64,000 bases of DNA from Pavona decussata. Lineage: Eukaryota. The notes beneath the pieces are model-generated. The model made no database searches and was not told the DNA's origin. It was given only the letters and a program-made list of their open reading frames with translations. How positions within the stretch are numbered: the first letter of the stretch is position 1; each line of letters begins with the position of its first letter. Of this stretch, positions 1-11,929 are shown in pieces. The translations under genes were made by a program, and so were the position numbers. Location of the stretch: contig CDRNST010000118.1 of assembly GCA_977016875.1 (NCBI GenBank), positions 1,674,001 to 1,738,000 on the forward strand. The letters run 5' to 3'.

Positions 1-3000
1 AACAACCTGATCGTACCATATTAGCTTACACAATTATACCTTTAAAAGGACACCAAACGATCTGAAAACAAAGGAGACAACATTTAAAGTGTTTTGCTTT
101 AACGATGTCGCGGGGTTGCCCTGTTCCATTTCAACACCCCAATCGGTTTCTAACTAAATCAGGTGGAAATCCTCGCCTCTTCGTCTAGGCCGTTAGTCAC
201 AAAGTCTGAAAGTCGTCACCTAAATTATGTTTCAAAACAGTTACAGCGATGAATTCCAATTATCTTTTCTTTGTAAATTCATCATACAGCTAGCAGGCCC
301 TTTACAAAGTGGCCTAGCGGGCCTGGTAAAGAGCCGAATTTGAGCCTGAGCGAGCTCCGAGAGGAAGACGAGGTTAGACCTCTTCCGCAATCTCTCCTCA
401 CTTATTTCAGCCTCTAGGAGTTAATGTCGTTCTCTTTAATAGCTCTCTTGTCCGACTATCCAGAAAGGCACTGCCAACTGTTTAATGTAAATTACGGTTT
501 TTGAACTTACCAGAAATAACAAATCTTCATCATCTTTAGTGTCACGTGGTCTTTCAAACATCAGTTCTGTATAGCCATCAACTTCAGATGCATTAAGGAG
601 TTTATAATCTTGGCTGGCATCAGGGAGAGGCTGCGAACGTCCTCGAGTAAAATAATCCTGTCAAATTTAAAGTAATTATACCACGTGAATCAAAGGAGCG
701 AATTGCGTGTCGCTTGGAACAGAAATGACTTCACTTCTATTTGAAGTTTGCAGATTGGATTTACAAAAAAAAATTCAAAAATAGTCTGGATTATTCAATA
801 AATCAAACTTCCATGGCTAAAAGGATCGTCTAAAATTCTTCTAACATTGGGAAATGAATGGGTTTTCTTTTTCTCAAACTGGATTGTTAATTACTTTCCT
901 TTATCTTTAATTCAGTTGAATTGCAATGACAAAGAGTAGTTTCACTCATGCTGTTTCATCCTGGAAAAAGACACACATAACGTTTAAAAGGTTTCGTAGA
1001 AAGTGAAACTCCCGCTTAATCTTCCACCACTTTGACAAGTGTTCGTTGGATCTTTCCGTTCGCATAATTAAATATTCATCAAAAATATCCAATAATTATA
1101 AGGTGAACGCTTGACAGTTTTATTTATAGAATTTAATCGAAATTCCATGACATGATTAGGAAAAAGACATGATTAGGAAAATACAACCACCAAAAGTTTA
1201 ACACTAGTTACACTTGAATATAGTGGCTCGATGAAAGTTGTATCAAATGCACTGTAAGCGATGAAAAAACCGCTTAAGGCCACTATTTTGCCTTCCCCAG
1301 TCACAGCTTCATTAAGCCTTGAAAAGAGCTAACGTTTAAAGCGTAGGCCGAGCAGAATCGCAAGTCATCGCACGGTTTGGAAATACCAACTTGCGCACGC
1401 AATCATCGAATCCGGTGCATGGGGAGTCAAACGGACTCGGAAGTATACACATGCAGATACAAGTTGCCAAAGCTGTCATTTCAGAGCAGCCTTAGTGGCC
1501 AAACCAAAGGAAACAGTGCAGACAAGAACTTGCGTTGATTGGTCAATGTCGGGTGGCCAACGAGTGCCACGAAGCCCACGAACATGAACTTGGTAAAAAG
1601 TGCACGTAGATCCTGCCCTACCGATTCACAAGCTAAAGCAATAAACTTGCGTTTCTATGGTAAATCGAGTCCTTTAGCTATAGGCTCCGTTACTAGCCCT
1701 ATTGGACCAGAGCGAAAGGCTTAGAATAAACTTACGTTCAAGTAACCTTTGCCGTTGCTGAACCCACCCACAATCACGTCGTAGTGCAACATGCCGTTTG
1801 GTGCTCCTTCAGCAAAACCAAATCCAACCCAACCAGTTGTCTTCACTCTCAGGTGATAAACCATCTTGTCAGACTGATCATCAAATTTCCACAAGAAGCG
1901 AAATTGGTCGTTGTCAATGTTATTGTTACCTACAAAAGTACGAAAAATAAAACAATTACACTGCATTCCGGCTCCTTTAACGACGACTTTGAGTAAGCGA
2001 TAGTGAATTTTCAATGTTCTTTTTCTTTGGTGAGGGGGGGGGGGGGGGGGGGAGTGGAGAGGGTTAAATCGCTCTATTTTGGATGTCATATTAAGTGACA
2101 ACATCTCCCAGACGTCCACCGATTTTCCTAGCTGAGCTTAACAGTTTGGGTGGTCACCTTAACCGAGAGATATTGTAGATTCATAGAAGTGGTTTTGTAA
2201 GCCTCCTCCGTTGTAAAAGCTTTCCCTCTCCATTGTAAAAGCGGTCGAGGTCAAGAATGTCAATTTTTCGGAATTGTGTAAGAGAATTACTAGATTCATT
2301 TTAAAATTCACTCGCCTACACTTACACTTCCCTATTTATTGCTAAATGTCATCCATCCCTAAACTTCCTGATACAATTCTCAGTACGTCACTTTCAAAAC
2401 AACCAATACCCATAAGAGCAGCTTCGTCACAAGAACAATCTCGTGACTTGAACCTCGCTTCCGAACAACAAGCTTGTGTTAAATCGGCATTGAGAAGTTA
2501 CTTTGCCGATTAGACCAGGTGATTCGATGGTCCTTTCGCTTTCCCATTACACCTGCACCTAATTTTATAACACTATCCTCTCCATCTCCATATGCAATAT
2601 GCGCATATCTACTGTGATGGACTACTTGCCCCTTTGTGCAATATAACTTTAAATCTGGATAGTAACAATAGCCCAGTTTACGCAACTTACTTGGTGCTGT
2701 TGGAGCAACAACTGTTGGTATACCTTTGACAAATGTAGGTGCTGCAGTGATGATGCCAGATGTGGTTGGCGCAATGATGTCATATGTGGCTGGTACAGTA
2801 CTGGGTGATGTGGTTGGCCCAATACTGGCAGATGTCATTGGTCCAATACTGGCAGAAGTGGTTGACGCCATACTGGTAGACATGGTTGGTGCAATGCTGT
2901 CAGTTGTGTTTGATGCGATCGATGTTGTAATGTTAGGTATTAGGATTACTTGATCAAAGCCTCTAGAAGTATGCTGTGAAAACAATTGAAACAAACCCAC

Positions 3001-4214
3001 TGATCGTCGTTTACGCGCCGGTATCTCTCCCAGTGATATCGATTGCACGTCTGTCGTAAAATGATAAGCCCAAACAATAAAAACTGGTATTCCTTGCTGA
3101 AAAAAACAAGAAAATTGGAAGAAATTTGAATTGAAGAAGAGGCCCCAAAATTGTATTGAAGAAGAAGCCCCGTCGGGATTAATCGGAAAAAAGTTTACAA
3201 CGATTTATGTTGAACTGCATTATTTTTTCCCCAGATATATGTGGTTAAAAATACGTCAGTTATCAGCAAAGAACTTATGATGCACCCCCACACCCACCCT
3301 GAGGGCAGGGAGTGGGGGGTGGGTGCTCAAGTTTCATAAGGGAAGACTCCCTCCAGCGTTCCCAGAAATGATACCCCTTTCAATTGTTAAAACCAAAAAA
3401 TTGTACCATATTCTTAATTTTGTTTATCGCTGAAAGATGATCTAAAGCAAGTAAAAGAAGTGTACCGCCTCAAATTTTACCGGCAGCAGTAAATCTTTTA
3501 TTTGTAATGTCTTCCATTCGTGCCCAGTGTTTGCTTCTCCTTTAAATACTCCAAACCTTTGCGGTTGCCCTTGCATATATAGTGCACCTTTGAGAACCTA
3601 TAAAATAGCAAAATTTTAAATCTCGCTACCCCATGGACTTAAAAGGCACCCCTCTCGGGTGTAGCCTCCTCATATAGCCTTTATATGGTATTCCTACTCC
3701 CACCCCAGCGCGATACACACAACTTGATCACCAGAAAGTAACAAATCAGTTATGTTTACCGGCAACCAAATTAAAGTTTAACTAAACTATTAATCGTTAG
3801 GAAGTCAGGCACGCAGTGAATATGTCCAAGAGCACAGTTTGCCCCGGGAAAAGACTTCCATTTCCGTGTTAGCTTGTCCAGTCCAGCTTGTCGAAGAACC
3901 GTAATACCCCGCGAGAGAGAAAGGCCAGACAATCTGCACACAGCCTAAGCATTAGTAAAATTATCAAATAGATAAGTACTACGGATCAGCTGGCATCAAG
4001 CTGCTTACCTCAATTGTCACATCAGTTTGTTGGTCCGTGGTGTTTCGCTTGCGATGAAATATTAATGTGGTTAGACCGTTCTCTTCTTTGGAGTAGCTCA
4101 GCATCCAGTCTTGTTTATAATCGGGTGTTGGTTGACGGTGGCCATTAGTGTAATAATCCTGTTGGAACAAATTAAGAGAAAAACTCACGTATTGTTCACC
4201 TTCAAAGAGGTTGA

Positions 4215-4345
4215 CTATGATGTGCCACATAAGAGAAAAAGAAGACACGTCTGAGAATTCAGTGTCCACCAGATGCTCCGATAGGGAATCGAACGTACGA
4301 TGCCCTTATCTCATGGAGGGTGCTCTAACCATTGAGCCACCAAGG
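4215..4345 (-). mobile_element. Decayed tRNA-derived SINE-like repeat
   Basis: Minus strand GGTGGCTCAATGGTTAGAGCA ... GTTCGATTCC. Confidence 0.5.
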
Positions 4346-5295
4346 CAACCGCAGTAAAATAATTGGCATGTTAGCGCAGGGGAGCAATGACGACCAGACA
4401 TTGCATGGCTGTCAGGTTTTCCCTGATTGTGAATTATATTACTTCTACTGGTCGCCAATACTTCTTCAGGTCAGTCTGAAGATGAACACGTGTTTGAAGT
4501 ATGCCATTTGACGTTTCGAGCGTTAGCACCTCTCGTCAGAGCAAATCGAGGAATTGTGGGTCTATACCTGACAAAAGGCTAACGCTCGAAACGTCAGCAC
4601 TCGAATCCTTACGGTACGTGGCCAAATTAATCATCAAGTCTTAATAAAACCAAAAATTCTCCCACTCCCGACCGACGCAGACGTTATTTTGAGCCTACAG
4701 TATTATTCTACCTTTAAGTAACCTGATCCACTCCTAACTCCACCAACGGCTACATCGTATCCAGTCATGTTGGTTGGTGCTTGAGTTGCAACACCAAATC
4801 CAACCCAGCCCGTGGCTCTCACCTCCACCATAAAGTGTAAAGTATCCGTGCTGCTATTGAATGACCAGGACGCGTTGTAGGTTCCATTGTTGAAAGACAG
4901 AAAGTTTGCAAAGTGTACAGGTTGAGCGTTGATTGTCGGCGTGACCACGGAGGGAGCTGCGGTCGTTTCTGCAATGTCTAAAAAGTTTCAAGGAAGAGTG
5001 ATTTTGTCTCGTGCAACTTCCTCTGGCACATTAAAACAATTTAGACACTATGGCCACTCGCTGCCTTTTACTACAACTGTTGTGACTTTTCTCAATTTAG
5101 GGAGGGTTACAGTGGAATTCCAGCAAGCCTTATTTGTTACTCATTTCAGCAGTTATACTTTTGCAATCTATTTGAGGTTTTACACAATCCCCAAAATGCA
5201 CCCAATTTGTTGAGAATATTTGGTGTTTTAAACAAAATAGAATTGGGAGGAACTAGAGAATAAAGAGAAGCGGAGAAAAATTACGATTTATGTAA

Positions 5296-5555
5296 TGGCC
5301 AGTGGTTGGATCGGGTACACCCTCAGCCGAGAAAACCAACAAGCAATGTCACCAGGCATGCACTGAGATGGAACCCACAGGGAAAGATAAGTCGTGGTCG
5401 CCCCATGGACGGCTGGAGGAGAACGATAGACGATGAGGCGGGCAAGGCAGGGTACACCTGGAGGGAGCTTGAAACGCTAGCCCAAAAAGATTGAGATGGC
5501 GGGCAGTTTTCCATGGACCTATGCTCCACTGGGAGAAGTAGGGAATAAGCATAAC
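5296..5555 (+). mobile_element. 5'-truncated RTE-clade LINE fragment
   Basis: Degenerate translation WIG.TL.RKPTSNVTRHALRWNPQGKISRGRP...WRRT...LAQ matches the typical RTE ORF C-terminus. Confidence 0.8.
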
Positions 5556-6429
5556 AAGTGGAAATTAAAGTTTGAAGTTGATTGATGAAGAGGAACATTG
5601 ACAGTCCATTATTAGACTGATCTGGGTTTGTTTATACATCTTCTTCTTTTATGCTGTTTCTCTTCTAAATTGGATAAGCTTTCAGAGAAATCAAATGTAA
5701 TCCCCGCCCGTTACGTCGTATTTATTCGTGCCTGTTACAGTTTGAATCAGCTCGACGCCATTTGTTTTGTCAGGATTGACGAAAGTGAAGCTGGGTTGTC
5801 CAAATACTGTTGACTGGAAATCGTGTTTTCGCATTAACTTCAGTAAGCGGGGCGCTCTTGAGCTCTGCCTAAGTAACTGGATGGTCTATGATTTAAGTAA
5901 TGATTTAGAAAGATCCCGGGGGAAGGTACCTTACTAGTTCCACGGAGCTAAATTCCTTCAAAGCCCATGTCATGCTAAAAACGATCGATGCAAATAACTT
6001 TGGAAGCAAACCTGGTGCTGTGTTGGTAGTTTCTCTGACTTACTTGGTGTTGGTGTAGTGGCAGGAATAAATGTAATGTTTACATTCCCTCTAAATGCTA
6101 TTGTTTGGCCCAGCTGCACGTCATCACTTGTAGAATTAAAAGAATACACAAAGATGGATGGCATTCCCTTCTGAAAAGTAAAATAACACCAATCATTTCC
6201 TTAATGTTCTTGTGTTATATTTTTTTCATCAAGTTTGTCTTGTTTTTTTTTTATGAAATACTAGTTCTTGAAAATTTGTTGGTAATTGCTTTTGGTGAAG
6301 TGAATCTGAAATGGAAAATATTGAAGTTTATTGTTACTTAGTTCATAAAACGTACTTTATAGTGGTGTGTTTTATATCCCTTCATAATCACTTTCTACGC
6401 CGCGCAAAAGTCTTATGACCATTGCTTTA

Positions 6430-6957
6430 AGCCTGGTTTACACGTACGACACAAGCATAAGAATAAGCACAAGCACAAGGATGTTTACACGTGCGATAAG
6501 CATAAGCATAACGTGACATACGCAAGCGCAGAAGCAAGCAAATTTGGCGCGATTGCGAAGCCGGGCTGCCTTTTGGCACGAGATTTGATTCCAACGTGGC
6601 GGAAAATGGCAACGCATGAGTAACTAGATTGTACGCTGACAACTTGTCACTGTTTTTCAGTTTCCTTTAATCGCGCAAATTCTTATGCTTGCGTCGTCCC
6701 GGTTTACACGTACAACGCAACGACGCAAGCATGAGCACAAGCACAAGAGAATGGAATGGAATGGAATCGTTCCATTCTCTTGTGTTTGGGCTTATGCTTG
6801 CGTCGTTGCGTCGTACGTGTAAACCAGGACGACGCAAACATAAGCACAAGCGCAAGCACAAGGCGCTTATGCTTGCGTCGCACCGATTTACACGTAGGTT
6901 TCTTGTGCTTACGCTTGTGCTTATGCTTATGCTTGCGTCGCACATGTAAACCAGGCT
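6430..6957. mobile_element. PIF/Harbinger-type MITE (TTA TSD) with subterminal hexamer repeats
   Basis: tta|AGCCTGGTTTACAC...ATGTAAACCAGGCT|tta, with GCACAA/GCATAA-type arrays on both arms. Confidence 0.8.
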
Positions 6958-6961
6958 TTAA

Positions 6962-7505
6962 GAACGGTGCCTACTTTTGTTACTGCACATACGCTCTGCG
7001 CGTCTAGTGATGCTCGGGTTTCCTATGGATAGTGCTTACTAATACAGGGATATTTTTGCGCCGCGGGTTAAAACTTTGCGGGAGAAAGCAGAACTTAGCA
7101 AGTGCTCTTGGTATCCCAAAAGAAAATTGGGGGTAATCATGCATTTTAAAGAGATGGGAAAGTTTCCATTTGAAAAAAAAACAACAACAACGCCATACGT
7201 TGCTTTGTATTTTACTGCTTTTTGAAATAAGTGTTTCTTAATTATCTCTAAAACAAATGCCCCGCTATCCCCAATTTTCTTTCTGGATTTCAGTAGCCCA
7301 TAGATCTGACTTTCCCGCCTAGTACAAAAATATTTAAAAAAAAATATATAAAAAGTCTGTACTGAGAGCGCAATTAAATTTTTTTTAAGTGGTATATTTC
7401 GTTTGGATCCACCAAACTTCGTCAGCCACAATGCAAATTCCAGAGCAGGAAAACAATATTTTTGATTCTGTATAAAAATACTTCTGTATTTATGAAGCAC
7501 CGTCC
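6962..7505. mobile_element. TTAA-flanked MITE (Kolobok-like)
   Basis: ttaa|GAACGGTGCCT...AAGCACCGTCC|ttaa. Confidence 0.7.
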
Positions 7506-8544
7506 TTAAATTTAAGAAAATCAAACGGAAATTCTACTTCTCCTTAGTTAAATCTCTTCAACGCAAACTCAATAGGTTCTACACACTCGGACTCATTGGT
7601 ATGGAGTTAGGGGTGAAGGTGGTGGGGGACAATGGTAGTTCTTCCGTGAATGTGTAGGGATAATGAAAAGTATAAGTTAGCTCAACAATTTAGTCAATCA
7701 TGGTAAATTCACTATGCTATGCTAAAAAATCATATCCAAGCAACTGTAACTACATCTTATACAAACCGCCTATTCGGGAAAAGCTCAAGATAGAATTATG
7801 CAACGAGACTCGGTGACTTTGAAATCATGACTGCTACTCAATTTTCGTCAATCGAACAACAAATGACAAAGAACATCCCTAGACCACCTTGAAAACAAAG
7901 CCTGGAGATGATCCTGATTTCAATGGATTAGCGATTCACATTGTTTACCTCAATTGCAATATCTTTAGCATCGCTGGTGTTTCGTTGGCGATAAAACTTT
8001 AACTTTGTTACGCCGTTCTCTTCACTTGAGTTGATCAACATCCAGTCCTGCTGGGAGTCCAGTGCTGCCTCGCTGTCTCCTTCAGAGACCGAATAATCCT
8101 AAGGGAATTAAGTTAAACTAAGAAACTTGCATTAATTTCAGTACCGTATATCATGTTGTTTGAAATGGCCTCGATCCATTGCCACTATGACAAAGTGTTT
8201 GGTAGGAATCTGGGTGTAATAATGCCGTCTTTTGTGTCAAATGGTTGGAAGAAAGCACAAGTTGGTTTTCAATTTTAAAAATGAGAATTCCGGTTAACCA
8301 AAAAAATGGTAAGTTGTGTTATGGAAGCAGAAAATACAACTTCACTTGGTCAGGAAAAAATTGGGATGTTGAAAGAACGTCTCACACTTCTAAACCAGCT
8401 TAATGTGGCTACTACGGCTTTTACTTCCGTGATTCATACCCGTTGATTGCGGTGCGGTCGATATAGGCGATCCATGCGCTACTGATTCTAGCGTTTCTTA
8501 TCGAACTGTCGCAAGTTTACGTAAAGATACGCTAAACGCTTTTG

Positions 8545-9045
8545 TTGTGCATGTTCTCTGCGAAGATTTGCGATCTGTCACGAAGGAAGCGGACCTGCCA
8601 CTCGCGAAACAGTTCTCCTCTTCGGGTTACACAACGGAAGACATGATCGTGTCCGTGGTGAGAGCAGGCCTCCGTAACAACACGGAAAGACGTCGTGCGG
8701 ACGGCTGCTCAATATTTGGCTGCCGAACGCGCGCGTTCCATGCGACATTAGGGACCGTCATATCAGAGTGCGAGTACGAGGTTGAGTACAAGTACGACTT
8801 TCAAAATTTTAAACAGGTTATATATCCCCAGAACTCTTGCTTCTTCCCGTTGTTCACCAGCAGATAAGGAGACCCTAGAAACAAGATTGGTGTGAGAAGC
8901 GGTTATCTAAACCACGCAAACTAGATTTGAAAACTCGTACTCGTAGTCAAATTTTAAGGTCAATATTTAAGTAACATCACGAGCGCTTCGTTCAATAGCT
9001 TATTTCACTGATGAAGGGACAGTAGTCCAGAAACATCTAAACTTT
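8545..9045 (+). mobile_element. Decayed Penelope-like element 3' end (GIY-YIG C-terminus), interrupted by a MITE at ~8750-8962
   Basis: EDLRSVTKEADLPLAKQFSSSGYTTEDMIVSVVRAG resembles the EH.R.....PVA.HF....H....M.V tail of PLE GIY-YIG. Downstream CTGATGA..GGAC-agta-GTCC.GAAAC is a hammerhead-like core. Confidence 0.6.
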
Positions 9046-10600
9046 TTACAATATTCCCAGCGTCCGACCCACCCTTTGGTTTTCTTCAAAACTATAGACA
9101 TAGACTTAGCCTACCTGTAGATAACCTGTACCATTACTGAACACTCCACCAACAGCCAAATCCACATAGTTCATTGCACTGTCAGGAACATGAAAAGCAA
9201 AACCAAACCCGACCCAACCTGTCACGCGTACTTCCACTAAGAACTCAAACGCGTCTGAGGTCTCGTTGAAATTGTACGACACATTGTAGATTCTGTTATG
9301 AAGTACAATCCTGTTGAAAACTCATCACTAGCTTTGGTGTAAAACACCGTGAACAGTGCCAAAAGATATAACTGATAAACAGCCATTGGGAAATGAACTG
9401 ACTTCTTGAGAACCAAAGGATTAAATGCTCCAAGTCCCTCGTATATCTTGCTTTTTACAAATACCGAAAGGCCAATATGTTTAATCAGTTTCTATTTGTT
9501 TATGATTTGCTTGGATATTGTGGTTAATGTTTTGACTGTTTAAGAGCTTAACTTGTTTAGATAGGTTCCAATATCACTTTGTGGGTAAACTTGAAAAACA
9601 TCAAAGACAAGGAAGTTAAACTCCTTTCAGCACTCTGAAGTCAGCCTTCGACCCGTCTGATGTGTTTTGAAAATCAAATAAATACACTATAGTGTGACCA
9701 TTCAAAGAAAGCTATTGAGTACTCTCCTGTATCGTGAATTCTTTATGCTGTACCAGATGGATCCCACTCGTGCGTCTTTGGATGAAATCCTAAAGTGTGA
9801 CCTCACAAATTTATAACGATATTTAGCATGTACAATCTAAAAGACTTATGTATATGTAATTTTTATAGACCCCTATGATCTCTGGCCGCGAAAGGTATGA
9901 CATGCACACTTCCAATCTAACTGATCAATGACATTGCCTGTCATGAATGCCGACAATGAGTAAGCACACTTTTATATTTTTCCCTTAAAATCAGTGGCTA
10001 GTACTGCCACAAGTGCTTAACGACCGAAAGATTCTATTAGCATAAAAGTTGTCTAATTTCAGAGCGGTCCTTTATAGGAATCCTAAGGCCCCTTATTTAG
10101 ATTTTAGAATAGGATTTTAGGTTTAACAGTTACACGTTCCCAGTTTTTCTTTATGTCAAACATTTGCAAAGTACCCTGCTCATACGAGAATTACTTTTAC
10201 GCCATTAAGGGTGCAATATCAAGTGTGCGTCTGTTTGGGAGACTAAACTATAGTTCCGCTATAAAAGGGTAAGCCCCTCCTTCCTCCCACATCTTTGTGA
10301 GCGTGAAATGGAAGTTTCGACGCCGTCCAGTCGTGGCACGTTGTTGACTCGAGCATCCTCTGAAAAAATATGCCTCAAATTTCATAATATCATCACAGTA
10401 ATGTAAGGCATCGGTTTCTAATTCGGTTAACGGGGTTTATTCCGAAAATTAACTCAATTTTATCAGTAAGGGTAAGTAGAAAACGATGCATGTTGTTTGT
10501 CAGTTGTTTACGCTCTGATGGTTGATTGACAACTGAAGGTAAAAATGGTCAGGACAGTCCTCTTTTATACCAAAATTTCCTGTTTAACATTGATGCCCAG

Positions 10601-10652
10601 GGCCCAGTTGCTCGAAGCATGGTTAGCGCTAACCCAGGTTAAATACCATGAC

Positions 10653-10684
<32 letters not shown>

Positions 10685-10719
10685 CCGTTAGCGCTAACCA
10701 TGCTTCGAGCAACTCAGCC
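10601..10719. mobile_element. ~119-bp palindromic Harbinger-type MITE (CAG TSD)
   Basis: cag|GGCCCAGTTGCTCGAAGCATGGTTAGCGCTAAC...GTTAGCGCTAACCATGCTTCGAGCAACTCAGCC|cag. Absent from the paralogous site at ~51040. Confidence 0.8.
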
Positions 10720-11271
10720 CAGATCGTTAAGAAGGATCGTTGAAATTTGTGGATGAGTAGACAAATTAGCGTAGAGCTAAATTGTGGATAAAGTGTCTGG
10801 GTAGTCCTGAAAATTGGATACAGACTGTCGCCTGTGTCCAGTTCCAGGGACTGAACAATTAATTCGAACTAGATCCTTGCAATTAAATATAAATATTTTT
10901 TAGAAGTTCTATGTGGGGATTTTATTGTTGTTAATATTGTAAGCTTTTTATGGTATTTTAGTGACATTTTTTAACTCTTTTATATTGTAACACACGACTA
11001 CTTCAGCTCTGCTACATTTTTCTCATCGTGTTTAACTAAATGGTAAATTCAGGGTCCGAGTAAAAGGGATATATCCTGTATACAGTCCCTCGCACTAGCG
11101 TATACTCGATTTTTGGTACGTAAGGTACTCATCAAAAGCCACATTCAAGTATAGTGACCGCCAGGTAGAGAGCCAGCCAACCTCTCAGGATACATTTCTA
11201 AAGCACCTATATAGCTACATATGCTACAGAAGGAATTGCACATAAAAACATGAGAGTGAAGTTAAAAATTC

Positions 11272-11286
11272 TTTATTCTATTTATT
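11272..11286 (-). terminator. Tandem AATAAA polyadenylation signals of gene B (equivalents: C 28924-28938, D 51885-51899)
   Basis: Two AATAAA ~650 nt after the stop codon, present in all three 3' segments. Confidence 0.5.
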
Positions 11287-11929
11287 GCAGGATTGCTATA
11301 CTTTGTCTACTTAATGCCAGGAAATCCCTCAAAGAAATCGAGGTTTTATAGAGGTAATCAGGGTTCAGAGTTAAACGATCTGGGTTTATATTAAGAAGGC
11401 CGCTACAGTAAAAAAAAAGTCTATGCCCTTATGTAAAAACATTAGAAACGTAGTGATAATTTTGAGGCAAACACATTTCAAAATCAGAGTATGTATTATC
11501 AAGCGAATGAGCGAAAAGCATATTCATGAATATCTTTTAAAAAAAAAAGAGTGGTCGATCATTTTATTCAGAACTGATCTGCCAGGAATAAAATCAGGAA
11601 TTCTCCTATCTAGTCCACCCTCAGATACGATAATTTCTGCCGCCGAAAGAGTGTTTATATGGTCGTATTGTACATTCGTTTGACCGGTTTCACAAGTTTA
11701 ATACAGCCACCATCTTGCCAACGCGTTCTCTTAAACCGCTTTGGGGTTTCCGCTGGAGTCATCCAGCATTTAGATTTGGCTTTTGCCGTAAATGTCTTAA
11801 GATTTAAGGGATTTGAGATCTACTGACTGAGAACAAGTTTGTTCTAAAAGTCCTCCGTTTGACTGTAAAAAAAAGTAGTCCTTTCTATTTCTTAGTCAAC
11901 TACATGTCCCCAATGACAGTTTCTTAGTT

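Larger units (their letters stand above)
511..9386 (-). pseudogene. Gene A: multi-DOMON secreted/surface protein (signal peptide + 3 DOMON; last exon lies left of the window), with a -1 frameshift in exon 1 (pseudogene, null allele or base-call error)
   Basis: Exons 9115-9386, 7949-8098, 6044-6170, 4712-4977, 4009-4158, 2691-3096, 1736-1929, 511-657, all GT-AG with matching phases. Starts MAVYQLYLLALFTVFYTKAS (signal-like). DOMON motifs FLVEVRVTGWVGFGF, TGWVGFGVATQAPTNMTGYDVAVGG, QDWMLSYSKEENGLTTLIFHRKRNTTD and IVWAYH. Exon 1 is 272 nt, one base short at the A-run 9317-9320 relative to the FFN codons of B/C, so the ATG frame stops early. Confidence 0.75.

Noticed and set aside
2726-2953. Hydrophobic plus-strand ORF (also 32123-32359, 57741, 60344, 63117)
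   Set aside because: These are antisense shadows of the real minus-strand exons.
6427-7007. Overlapping ORFs rich in KHKH, LCLCL or ASIS
   Set aside because: They are translations of the MITE's hexamer repeats.
9690-9810. Degenerate repeat GTGTGACC...GGATGAAATCCTAAAGTGTGACC, and decayed MITE-like patches at ~1330-1700, ~3300-3700, ~27490-27552, ~54541-54617
   Set aside because: They look like common interspersed repeats but are too decayed to define ends or class from sequence alone.
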